Shown here: positions 36,850 through 45,710 of the stretch, in pieces
Numbering within the stretch: position 1 is the stretch's first letter
Layout: every line of letters begins with the position of its first letter
NCBI GenBank assembly: GCA_028278675.1
Contig: JAQAJJ010000027.1
Span: 4,986 to 68,985, forward strand
DNA length: 64,000 bases
Source of the DNA: Candidatus Azophilus lithoversatilis
Lineage (GTDB): Bacteria > Pseudomonadota > Gammaproteobacteria > Pseudomonadales > Azotimanducaceae
Direction of reading: 5' to 3'
Translations under genes and position numbers: made by a program
Notes under the pieces: generated by a model
Database searches by the model: none
What the model was told of the DNA's origin: nothing
What the model saw: the letters and a program-made list of their open reading frames with translations, nothing else

Positions 36850-37085
36850 CATGTAACAAATGGAGACAGCCCCGCGGCTGGCCGGTTGTTCCTTCGCTGT
36901 CGGCGGCGTGCCGTTCCGGGGCAAGCTAAGGGCTTGCATGGAACAAATGGAGACAGCCCAGCGGCTGGCCCGTTGTTCCTTCGCTGTCGGCGGCGTGCCG
37001 TTCCGGGGCAAGCTAAGGGCTTCCAGCTGGCCCGTTGTTCCTTCGCTGTCGGCGGCGTGCCGTTCCGGGGCAAGCTAAGGGCTTC
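36850..37085 (+). repeat. 87-bp structured intergenic repeat family, locus C (units 36850-36936 and 36937-37023, plus a 5'-truncated unit 37024-37085)
   Basis: Unit: CATGGAACAAATGGAGACAGCCCAGCGGCTGGCCCGTTGTTCCTTCGCTGTCGGCGGCGTGCCGTTCCGGGGCAAGCTAAGGGCTTC. It contains a nested hairpin GGAACAA...CAGCC-CAGC-GGCTG...TTGTTCC. It lies between the cupin gene stop and the tlpA-like start. Confidence 0.9.
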
Positions 37086-37112
37086 CAGAAGGGTGGCGTC
37101 ATAAGCCACGAG

Positions 37113-37469
37113 TCAGTTGTCCCCAAGGGGAATGACCAAACAGGTGCGCGGTTCGCCCCCCACCGCGCGGGAAATGTGGCCTTGGCCGGTTTCGTCCTCC
37201 GCCAGCAAAATCGAACCGGGGCCGAACAGTCGCTTGGTCCCGTCGCCGAGTTCAATTTCGACGCTGCCGGTCAAGTTGACGATGAACTGCCTTCGGGGCG
37301 CATTGTGAAAACTCCAATCGTAGTCCCCTGAGACTTCCCGAAACACCACCGAACGGGCCGCCCAGGGCTCGGACATACGACCGCTGCCGCCAAAGTCCCG
37401 GAGTTCCAACTCGATGTCCTCGAAGTGGGACCGCCCATCATCGCCCGTGAAGAGTCTAGTCACCTGCAT
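37113..37469 (-). CDS. Small cupin-fold protein
   Basis: From ATG 37469, 118 aa. The beta-rich sequence with HNAPRRQFIVNLTGSVEIELGDG...ILLAEDETGQGH is consistent with a cupin barrel. Function unknown. Confidence 0.6.
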   Translation of the reverse strand: MQVTRLFTGDDGRSHFEDIELELRDFGGSGRMSEPWAARSVVFREVSGDYDWSFHNAPRRQFIVNLTGSVEIELGDGTKRLFGPGSILLAEDETGQGHISRAVGGEPRTCLVIPLGDN

Positions 37470-37533
37470 GTTAATAGCGCCGAGTTGTGGAAGTGTGCGG
37501 GCAAGACTGCATGGTGTCGGCCAATGCCGCAAG

Positions 37534-37561
37534 GGTCACTTCAAACTGGTCACTTCAAACT
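37534..37561 (+). promoter_or_regulatory. Perfect tandem direct repeat 2 x GGTCACTTCAAACT in the divergent cupin/P450 promoter region (candidate operator)
   Basis: Read directly. The copies at 37534-37547 and 37548-37561 are identical, 58-85 nt upstream of the P450 ATG (37619). Confidence 0.45.
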
Positions 37562-37618
37562 GGAAACAGTGCAAGCCGCTCGTGATAGGCTTTTCCTTTT
37601 TCTGAGGAGCATCCGAAC

Positions 37619-38866
37619 ATGAGCGAGGCCTTGGAACTGCCGGTGAACGATCCGTGGTCGGACATCGACCTAAGCGAAGCGTCCCTTTACGCCAACGACA
37701 CCATTCATCCCTACTTCGCGCGGCTGCGCCGCGACGCCCCGGTGCACTATTGCGCCGAGAGCGCCAGCGGCCCCTACTGGTCGGTTACCCGCTATGCGGA
37801 CATCAAGCACGTCGATACCCGCCATCAGCAATTCTCCTCCGAGCTCGGCGGCATCAGCATCGCCGAGCAGGAGCTTGAGGAGCACGTCCAGCTTGAGAAC
37901 TTCATCGCGATGGACCCGCCCAAGCACACCCAGCAGCGCAAGACCGTCGCCCCATCGGTGGCGCCCGCCAACCTGCGCAATTTCAAGCCCATCATCCGCG
38001 AGCGGGTGATCGACATACTCGACCACCTGCCGGTCGGCGAAACCTTCAACTGGGTGGACGAGGTCTCCATTGAACTGACGGCGCGCATGCTCGCCGTCCT
38101 GTTCGACTTCCCCTACGCGGACCGGCGCAAGCTGGTGCATTGGTCCGACCTGGCCACCGCCACGCCGCAGCTCATGGGCGAGGCGGGCCTGCCCGGCGAG
38201 TACCGGCTCAAGGAACTCACGGAGTGCGCCAACACCTTCGCCGCGCTCTGGCACGAGCGGGCTGGGCGCGAGCCGGGCAACGACCTGATCTCCATGCTGG
38301 CCCACGGCGAGTCCACCAAGGACATGCTGCAAAAGCCCACGGAATTCCTCGGCAACCTGATGCTGCTGATCGTCGGTGGCAATGACACCACGCGCAATTC
38401 GATCAGCGGCGGCGCGTTGGCGTTCCAACGCTATCCCGATGAGTTCCAAAAACTCCGGGCCAACCCCAGCCTCATCGCCAATGCGGCCAGCGAGATGATC
38501 CGCTGGCAAACGCCGGTGATCCACATGCGCCGCACCGCCACGCAGAACACCGAGTTGGGCGGCCAGCGCATCAAAGCCGGAGACAAGGTCATCATGTGGT
38601 ATCTCTCCGGCAACCGTGACGAGACAGTGTTCGATGACGGTGAGCAGTTGATCATCGACCGTCCCAACGCCCGCCAGCACATCGCCTTCGGCTTCGGCAT
38701 CCACCGCTGCATGGGCAACCGTCTGGCGGAGATGCAGCTGCAGGTGCTTTGGGAGGAGATTCTTGAGCGCTTCGAACGCATCGAGGTGGTCGGCGAGCCG
38801 GTGCATGCGGCCAACAACTTCATTCGCGGCATTCTGGAACTGCCCGTGCAAGTTACTCGGCGTTAG
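37619..38866 (+). CDS. Cytochrome P450, CYP153-like
   Basis: 415 aa with a GAGGAG Shine-Dalgarno. Heme-binding loop FGFGIHRCMGNRLA. The I-helix segment LMLLIVGGNDTTRNS is, as I recall, characteristic of CYP153 alkane/terpene hydroxylases. Confidence 0.88.
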   Translation: MSEALELPVNDPWSDIDLSEASLYANDTIHPYFARLRRDAPVHYCAESASGPYWSVTRYADIKHVDTRHQQFSSELGGISIAEQELEEHVQLENFIAMDPPKHTQQRKTVAPSVAPANLRNFKPIIRERVIDILDHLPVGETFNWVDEVSIELTARMLAVLFDFPYADRRKLVHWSDLATATPQLMGEAGLPGEYRLKELTECANTFAALWHERAGREPGNDLISMLAHGESTKDMLQKPTEFLGNLMLLIVGGNDTTRNSISGGALAFQRYPDEFQKLRANPSLIANAASEMIRWQTPVIHMRRTATQNTELGGQRIKAGDKVIMWYLSGNRDETVFDDGEQLIIDRPNARQHIAFGFGIHRCMGNRLAEMQLQVLWEEILERFERIEVVGEPVHAANNFIRGILELPVQVTRR

Positions 38867-38871
38867 TCCGT

Positions 38872-40062
38872 ATGCGCAAGGAAGACCAAGTCCGCCTGAT
38901 CGAGGCCCTCATGGAGAAGCTCGACAGCGGCGTCAATGTGGACGCGGGCTGCCAAGTGCGCAATCCAGTGTCGGCCTACACCTGCCCTGAACTCGCGCAA
39001 CGGGAGTGGCAGGCCTTCTTCACGGAGCATCCCCAAGTGGTGGGCCTGTCAGCCGACCTGCCCGGCCCGGAAACCTTCCTCACCAGCACCGACTTCGGCA
39101 AGCCCATTGTCTGCACTCGGGACGCGCAAGGCACCTTCCGGGCCTTCCTGAACGTCTGCCGGCACCGGGGCGCGATCGTCGAAACCGAGGCTCGAGGAGA
39201 AAAGCGGCAGTTCAACTGCCCGTTCCACGCCTGGGGCTACAACCTGGGCGGCGACCTGGTGTCGGTGCCCAAGGAAGGCCACTTCGGCCCTGTGGATCGA
39301 TCCTGCCACGGCCTCAAGGCCCTGCCTGCGCAGGAGCGTTTCGGACTGCTGTGGGTGCATCCGCAGCCGGATGGGGAGATGGACCTCGACCGGCAACTCG
39401 GCGACCTGGGCCCGGAATTGGAGGATTGGGACCTCGACCGGTTCGTTCCCGAGGGGCAAACCACCTACGAGCACCCGATGAACTGGAAGCTCGCCATCGA
39501 CACCTTCGGTGAGACCTACCACTTCAACACCCTGCACCGTGACAGCCTGGCCCAGGACTTCCACGGCAATGTGCAGCTCTACGACACCTACGAGCGCAAC
39601 CACCGGATGATGCTGTGCCTGAGGAACATCGACGCACTGCGGGAGACGGACCGCACCGACTGGCATGTGCTGAGCGCCGCGCTGCCGGTTTATTACATCT
39701 TCCCCAACGTGCAGCTCATCATCGGCTATGACGGCCCCACCTTGGTTCGGGTGTACCCGGACGCCACCGACCCCCACAACAGCCGCTCGCAGATCTCGTT
39801 CTACCTCGACCCCGGCATCGACCGGACCGAGCTCGCCGACCGTCAGGGGGAGGCCTACAGGGACGTCGTCGCGCGCATGGAGGACTTCGCCCGGATCATT
39901 CGCGACGAGGACTACAAGGCCGCCGCCGCAGCCCATGCCGGCGCCCGCTCCGGCGCCCAGGAATACGTCACCTTCGGACGCAACGAGCCGGCCCTGCACC
40001 ACTACCACAACACCTACCGGACGGCGCTGGGCATGCCGCCGCTGCAAGTGATCAGCAACTAG
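38872..40062 (+). CDS. Rieske [2Fe-2S] non-heme iron oxygenase, alpha subunit-like
   Basis: 396 aa with the Rieske motif CRHRG...(17)...CPFHAW. It starts 5 nt after the P450 stop. Confidence 0.88.
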   Translation: MRKEDQVRLIEALMEKLDSGVNVDAGCQVRNPVSAYTCPELAQREWQAFFTEHPQVVGLSADLPGPETFLTSTDFGKPIVCTRDAQGTFRAFLNVCRHRGAIVETEARGEKRQFNCPFHAWGYNLGGDLVSVPKEGHFGPVDRSCHGLKALPAQERFGLLWVHPQPDGEMDLDRQLGDLGPELEDWDLDRFVPEGQTTYEHPMNWKLAIDTFGETYHFNTLHRDSLAQDFHGNVQLYDTYERNHRMMLCLRNIDALRETDRTDWHVLSAALPVYYIFPNVQLIIGYDGPTLVRVYPDATDPHNSRSQISFYLDPGIDRTELADRQGEAYRDVVARMEDFARIIRDEDYKAAAAAHAGARSGAQEYVTFGRNEPALHHYHNTYRTALGMPPLQVISN

Positions 40063-40101
40063 TGTCCTGTCTCGCGGCGATTCGCTTGCGAGCGACCCGG
40101 C

Positions 40102-41514
40102 TCAATCAACGATGGCTTGGTAGGCCAGCGTCTTGAATTCGGTGCCCAGCCGCCCGGGAGGCGGAATGACCTGCACCATGAAAACGCCTACCATTTCCTC
40201 AGCAGGGTCGATCCAGAAACGGGTGCCGGCGGCACCGCCCCAGTTGTACTCCCCCACTGAACCCAATTCGCCAATGGCGCCTTGATCCTTCGCCACGGCA
40301 AAGCCGAGACCGAAGCCGTAGCCGCCGCCGACCAAGCCCATCGAAAGCCCGGCCAGATTGTCGGTGGTCATCAATTCCACGCTCTTTGGCGACAGCAGCC
40401 GCACCCCGTCGAGTTCGCCGCCATTGAGCAGCATTTGGCAAAAGCGCAAGTAGTCACGGGCCGTCGACAGCAAGCCCCCGCCGCCGCCCTCAAAGACAGC
40501 GCCCTCGCGGTAGCCGTCACTCATCCGCTCGTCGGTGACCGCCAACCCGTCGCCGGCTGGTGCGGGTTCGAAATCAGCGCCGTCGTCCTGCGCGCCCGCA
40601 GGGCTGTACAGCTGGGCGATGCGCGGCCAAGTCTCTTCCGGCGCGGTGAATGAAGTATCCGCCATGCCCAAGGGGTCAAAAATGCGGTGCTTTAGGAACT
40701 CACCGAAGGACATGCCGGAAACCGCCTGCACCAGCGCACCTTGAACGTCCACGGAAACGCTGTAGTGCCAGCGGCTCCCCGGATCGTACTGCAAGGGCAG
40801 CTGCCCCAAGGCGGCAGAGAATTCCTCTAAGGACTGCGGCGGCGCCATCAGTTCCGCTTTCCGGTAGAGGGCATCCACCTCGGTTTCGCCGAAGAAGCCG
40901 TAGGTGAAGCCAGCGGTGTGCTTGAGCAGATCTCGAATGGTCGGCTGGCGGGCCGCGGCGCGGGTCTGGCCTGCTACGGAAGCATCACCCGTTCCTTCGG
41001 TGCGGCTGATGGTGCCGTCGGAGGTCATTCGAGTCGCATCGCTGTCCCCCGTTGAGCGAGCGACCTGCAGGTCGGCCAACGCGGGCAAGTAACGGGCCAC
41101 GGGATCGTTCAACAGAAACTTGCCTTCCTCATAGAGCATCATCACCGCCACGCTGGTGATGGGCTTGGACATCGAGTAGATGCGGAAAATCGTGTCCAAG
41201 GTCATCGGCCGGCCGGCCTCGCGGTCCGCCTGGCCATAGGCCTCCTCATAGGCCACCCGGCCTTGGCGGGCGATCAGGCCGACGCCGCCAACCATCACGC
41301 CGTCTTCCACAACGGCGTTCATGCGGGCCGTCAGGCGTTCCAGCCGCTCGCTGGACAGCCCGACCTGCTCGGGCCGCACGGAGGCCATCTCTTCACCCCA
41401 GACCGCCGACGGTGTCCACGAGGATGCCGCCAACAATGCCCAGGCCGGGAAAAGCCTCAAATTCAACAAACGAAGCCAGCCGTGCGCTGGGTTTGCCCGT
41501 TCCGCATTCACCAT
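40102..41514 (-). CDS. Serine hydrolase of the beta-lactamase/esterase (class C-related) family, secreted
   Basis: From ATG 41514, with a hydrophobic N-terminus. SxxK motif YSMSKPITS. ~470 aa. Confidence 0.85.
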   Translation of the reverse strand: MVNAERANPAHGWLRLLNLRLFPAWALLAASSWTPSAVWGEEMASVRPEQVGLSSERLERLTARMNAVVEDGVMVGGVGLIARQGRVAYEEAYGQADREAGRPMTLDTIFRIYSMSKPITSVAVMMLYEEGKFLLNDPVARYLPALADLQVARSTGDSDATRMTSDGTISRTEGTGDASVAGQTRAAARQPTIRDLLKHTAGFTYGFFGETEVDALYRKAELMAPPQSLEEFSAALGQLPLQYDPGSRWHYSVSVDVQGALVQAVSGMSFGEFLKHRIFDPLGMADTSFTAPEETWPRIAQLYSPAGAQDDGADFEPAPAGDGLAVTDERMSDGYREGAVFEGGGGGLLSTARDYLRFCQMLLNGGELDGVRLLSPKSVELMTTDNLAGLSMGLVGGGYGFGLGFAVAKDQGAIGELGSVGEYNWGGAAGTRFWIDPAEEMVGVFMVQVIPPPGRLGTEFKTLAYQAIVD

Positions 41515-41698
41515 CACAATCCCCTCATCATTGATCAAGCACGAAGGCGCGATGTTACACGAACGCCCATCCTGGCTCCCTGGAATCCGGACTTTCAAGC
41601 GGCTCAAACTAGGGCCTGTTTACACGACTTGGGTTAACAGGCCCTATGCCACTACGCGCATTCTGCTAGGGTGTGCTCCTCTTTTGGGGAGTGGCGGC

Positions 41699-42472
41699 AT
41701 GGCCTACGACGGTTTCGACTTGAGCGGCAAAGTGGCCATCATCACCGGCGGCAACGGCGGCATCGGCCTCGGCTTCGCCCGGGCCTTGGCAGCGGCAGGC
41801 GCCGAGGTGAGCGTTTGGGGCACCAATGCGGACAAAAACGCCGCCGCTGAAAAGGAGCTTCAAGCCATCAACCCATCGGCCTCGGCCACCCTGTGCAATG
41901 TCGCCGACGAAGCTGCGGTCGAGCGCGCCATGGCGGGGGTGATCGAACGCTACGGCCGCATCGACGGCTGCTTCCCCAACGCCGGCATCGGCACCCAGAA
42001 CACCAAGCCCTTTCATGAACACAGCAACGAGGATTGGCACAGCGTCATCGACGTCAACCTGCACGGCGTCTTCTATACCTTGAGAGCGGCAACCAGGCAG
42101 ATGGTGGCCCAAGGCGAAGGCGGCAGCTTGGTGCTCACCGCCAGCGGCACGGCCATTCAGGGCGCCGCCCGAGGTCAGGCCTATGCCGCCACCAAGGGCG
42201 GCATGGTGGCCATGATGCTGGCGCTGTCCGTGGAGATGGCGCGCCACAAAATCACCGCCAACGCCGTCATTCCCGGCTGGGTGGAAACGGGCATGACCGA
42301 GCAGCTCTTTGCCTGGGAGAAGTTCGCCGGCAACGTCATGCCACGCATTCCCATGCGCCGCTGGGGCACACCGGACGACTTTGGCGCCATCGCCGTATAC
42401 CTGATGAGCGACGCCTCCCGCTGGCATACCGGCGACGTGATCAAGATCGACGGCGGCTTCAGCATTTTTTAG
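41699..42472 (+). CDS. SDR-family oxidoreductase
   Basis: From ATG 41699: MAYDGFDLSGKVAIITGGNGGIGLGFA, and YAATKGGM (YxxxK). Confidence 0.9.
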   Translation: MAYDGFDLSGKVAIITGGNGGIGLGFARALAAAGAEVSVWGTNADKNAAAEKELQAINPSASATLCNVADEAAVERAMAGVIERYGRIDGCFPNAGIGTQNTKPFHEHSNEDWHSVIDVNLHGVFYTLRAATRQMVAQGEGGSLVLTASGTAIQGAARGQAYAATKGGMVAMMLALSVEMARHKITANAVIPGWVETGMTEQLFAWEKFAGNVMPRIPMRRWGTPDDFGAIAVYLMSDASRWHTGDVIKIDGGFSIF

Positions 42473-42531
42473 CCGACCGACAGTACCCACAGTGTAGAAA
42501 GCCCCATCGACGCCCAATAGAGGAAAAAGCA

Positions 42532-44079
42532 ATGGCCGAACCCGCTCTTATCCCCGTGCGCACCATCGACGACGCCTACCACCGGCTGCTGGACGCCGAA
42601 ACTCGACCCGTGCCGGCATCCTACCGGCGCGACAACCCCATCGCCCCAGGACCGACCCGCGTACCGGTGGCACGTTACACCTCCCAAGCCTTCTTTGATC
42701 TGGAAGTGGAGAAGATCTGGAAGCGCGCCTGGCAAATGGCCTGCCACGAGGACGACATGCCCAACGTGGGCGACTACGTGCCCTACGACGTTGCCGGGTT
42801 GTCATTCCTAGTGGTGCGAACCGGGGCCGATGAGTTCAAGGCCTATTACAACGCCTGCCTGCACCGGGGCCGCAAGCTGCGCGAAAACCGTGGCCGCAAC
42901 GCAACGGAGCTGCGCTGCCCCTTCCACGGCTGGACCTGGAACCTCGACGGCAGCCTGCGCCAAGTGCCCTGCCAATGGGACTACCCCGGCCTGAAAGCCA
43001 GCGAGCAGTCGCTGCCCGAGGTCAAAACTGGTCGCTGGGGGCGCTACATCTTCATCAACCCCGACCCCGACTGCGAGCCCCTTGAGGACTTTCTGGGCGA
43101 CCTCCCCAGCCACTTCGAGTTGCTGCCCTACGAGCGGCGCTACAAGTCCGCCCATGTGGCCAAGACCATCCGCTGCAACTGGAAGGTGGCCTCGGAGGCG
43201 TTCATGGAGTCCTATCACGTCATAGCCACCCATCCGCAAATCCTGCTCGGCGGCGTCCATGACGTGGACACCAAGTACGACGTCTTCGGCAACTACTCCC
43301 GGGCAATCCGCTGCGGCGCCTTGGAAAGCCAGGGGCAGCCAGAGTGGGACCCGCTCCCCGACGACGGCAAGCGGCGGCTGCGCCACCCGCTCAACGGCTG
43401 GGTCTATGAGGGCGCCGGCGAGGGCTTGGTGCGGGTCACAACCCCCAAGGGCAAGACTGGCCTGTTCACCGCCAACGCCGAGCCGGTGGAGGGTGAACTG
43501 GGGGACGTCAATCCACACCTGTGCAACTGGGTGGGCGGCCGGCAGCTCCCCCAATCGGAACTGGAGCGGGCCATCGCGGAACGCAGCGCCAAGAACGACA
43601 AGTCCCAGCCCACGCATCCCCGCGTCGCCTACGCGCAGATGCAGCGGGAAATGCTCAAGCCCGCGCTCCCCTCCATCGCTGACCAAATCGCCGACATCGA
43701 ATTCTCGTCGGTGTTCTTCACGGTGTTTCCCAACTTTCACCCTTGGGGGTCGTTCAACAGCATCAACTACCGCTTTCGCCCCAAGGGCCGCAATCCCGAC
43801 GAGTGCATCATGGAGTGCATGTTCCTATCCCCCATCCCGGAGCACGGCGACTACGAGCCGGTCCGCCAGATCCACTGGCTGGGGCCGGACGACGACTGGA
43901 CCGACGCCCCGGAACTCGGCATGTTGGGCAAGGTGTTCAACCAGGACATACGCAACCTGCCCTACGTCCAGCAAGGCCTGCACGCCACCGCCAAGGAGCA
44001 CCTGCAGTTCGCCGACTACAACGAGACCAAGCCCCGCCACCTGCACATGCTGATTGATGAGTGGATCGCGCGGCCGTAA
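42532..44079 (+). CDS. Rieske [2Fe-2S] non-heme iron oxygenase, alpha subunit-like (second paralogue)
   Basis: From ATG 42532, 515 aa, with the Rieske motif CLHRG...CPFHGW. Confidence 0.88.
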   Translation: MAEPALIPVRTIDDAYHRLLDAETRPVPASYRRDNPIAPGPTRVPVARYTSQAFFDLEVEKIWKRAWQMACHEDDMPNVGDYVPYDVAGLSFLVVRTGADEFKAYYNACLHRGRKLRENRGRNATELRCPFHGWTWNLDGSLRQVPCQWDYPGLKASEQSLPEVKTGRWGRYIFINPDPDCEPLEDFLGDLPSHFELLPYERRYKSAHVAKTIRCNWKVASEAFMESYHVIATHPQILLGGVHDVDTKYDVFGNYSRAIRCGALESQGQPEWDPLPDDGKRRLRHPLNGWVYEGAGEGLVRVTTPKGKTGLFTANAEPVEGELGDVNPHLCNWVGGRQLPQSELERAIAERSAKNDKSQPTHPRVAYAQMQREMLKPALPSIADQIADIEFSSVFFTVFPNFHPWGSFNSINYRFRPKGRNPDECIMECMFLSPIPEHGDYEPVRQIHWLGPDDDWTDAPELGMLGKVFNQDIRNLPYVQQGLHATAKEHLQFADYNETKPRHLHMLIDEWIARP

Positions 44080-44315
44080 CGCCCTGCCGCAGTGATGGAG
44101 CGTTGCTGCAGACCAAGCACGGGGCCAGATGCTCAGCGAGAGCTTATCGCCAAGCATTGGCATTGAAAGTCGGGTCACTCGGCCAAGGCCTGGCGCATTG
44201 ACCCCCAATCACGCAGTGAAGGCAGAAGTTGTGAACGTCCTGTTCACGTCCCAAGCAAACCCACCAATTGACAACAAGCACTCGTGATCACGGGCGACGG
44301 AAGGCACCCAACCAG

Positions 44316-45500
44316 CTATATGTGGTCCCACAGCCGGTACCCCTCCACCGCCCAAGCATTTTCCGCCACCGGATGGCTTTGCCTGGTGCGGCATAGCACC
44401 ATGACCGGCCCCCTCGCGCGCGGCAGCAACCCACGAACGGCCATTGCCTGTCTGAAGTCCCTGCGGGTGGGAAGTTCCTTCCACTTGGATTCGGCGAGAG
44501 TCAGCTGGCCGTCCCGATCGATCACGAAGTCCACATCTCGGGACTGATCCCGATAGAACCAGACCGTCGCCTCCGGCGCATCAACGCGAAGCTGCTTGCG
44601 CAGCTCGCCGAAAACGAAGGTCTCCCAGATGGCGCCGATCAGATAGCTCTCCAGGACGGCCTCGCTACTGAGACCCAACAGAAAGCAGAGCAGGCCCACA
44701 TCGTTGAAGTAGAGCTTCGGGGTTTTGGCAATACGCTTGCTGACGTTGACGAAGTAAGGCTCGAGCAGAGTGATCTGGTTAGTTGCCTCCAGTACGCTAA
44801 GCCAAGCGGTGATCGTCTTGGCGCTGACGCCCACTTCCTTGCCGAGCTCCGTCTTGTTCAGCAACTGGCCGCTCCGAACCGCCATCGCCCGCATGAAACG
44901 GTCAAAGTCCCGCAACGAGGTCACGTTCAGGAGTTGGCGCACATCCCTTTCCAAGTAGGTTGCCTGATAGCTGCGAAAGTAGTCCACAGGCCGCAGCGCC
45001 AAATCCTTCCAGAGTTGCGGCATGAATCCGCGTACGAGTGCCTCGGCCGCCCCCCCGGCGGCTTCCTGCGCAATGAAGACAGGGCCAAGTTCGCGAATGG
45101 TCAACCCCTCGAGTTCCACGACGCCGCAACGGCCGGCGAGCGAGTCGGATACCTCCCGCATGAGGCTCAGTTTTTGGGATCCCGTGAGAATGAAGCGGCC
45201 ATTGGCGTTCCGGTCACGGTCGATCTCAACCTTCAGGCTGCGAAAGAGCTTCGGCGCGTACTGCACCTCATCGACGAGGAGTGGCGGTGGATGCCGGTCC
45301 AGGAAGGTCTGCGGATCCTCTTCCGCGAGCTGCGCCTCGGCGGGCAGGTCGAGACTGACGTAGTGATGGTCGGGGAACAGTTTGGTCAACAGCGTCGTCT
45401 TCCCGGTCTGGCGGGCGCCGGTGACCGCCACGGCGGGGAAGTGCGTCGCCAATCGCCGCACCGAAGAGGCAAGGTCTCTGGAAAAGTAATAGTTCGACAA
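44316..45500 (-). CDS. AAA-family ATPase with DUF4143-type C-terminal domain
   Basis: 394 aa with Walker A VTGARQTGKTTL. The overall AAA_14 plus DUF4143 architecture is judged by eye. It is a solitary gene with AT-richer flanks. Confidence 0.75.
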   Translation of the reverse strand: MSNYYFSRDLASSVRRLATHFPAVAVTGARQTGKTTLLTKLFPDHHYVSLDLPAEAQLAEEDPQTFLDRHPPPLLVDEVQYAPKLFRSLKVEIDRDRNANGRFILTGSQKLSLMREVSDSLAGRCGVVELEGLTIRELGPVFIAQEAAGGAAEALVRGFMPQLWKDLALRPVDYFRSYQATYLERDVRQLLNVTSLRDFDRFMRAMAVRSGQLLNKTELGKEVGVSAKTITAWLSVLEATNQITLLEPYFVNVSKRIAKTPKLYFNDVGLLCFLLGLSSEAVLESYLIGAIWETFVFGELRKQLRVDAPEATVWFYRDQSRDVDFVIDRDGQLTLAESKWKELPTRRDFRQAMAVRGLLPRARGPVMVLCRTRQSHPVAENAWAVEGYRLWDHI

Positions 45501-45710
45501 ATCAGGAAGTCACAGTCCGGATATAATGGAATCAGGATATCGTATATTCGCCATTGTTCGCAACGGCGCTTCGCCTAAGGCGAAGCGCAGGCACCCCAAC
45601 AAATCAAGTGCGTTCGAATAACTTCGGTGCGCCAAGACAGGCCCCGCGCACTGCGGTTCCCTTCCGAATGTGCGCAAAGCATAATTTGCTTCTTTTGGAG
45701 TGAAGCGTCC

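Noticed and set aside
37670-38851. Long antisense ORFs opposite well-supported genes (for example 37670..38851 opposite the P450, 39049..40047, 42808..43740, 17185..18429, 25904..26800, 38..805, 47224..48588, 54801..56006)
   Set aside because: Each overlaps, in the opposite orientation, a gene with clear family motifs, and the ORFs themselves show none. Open antisense frames are expected at this GC content.
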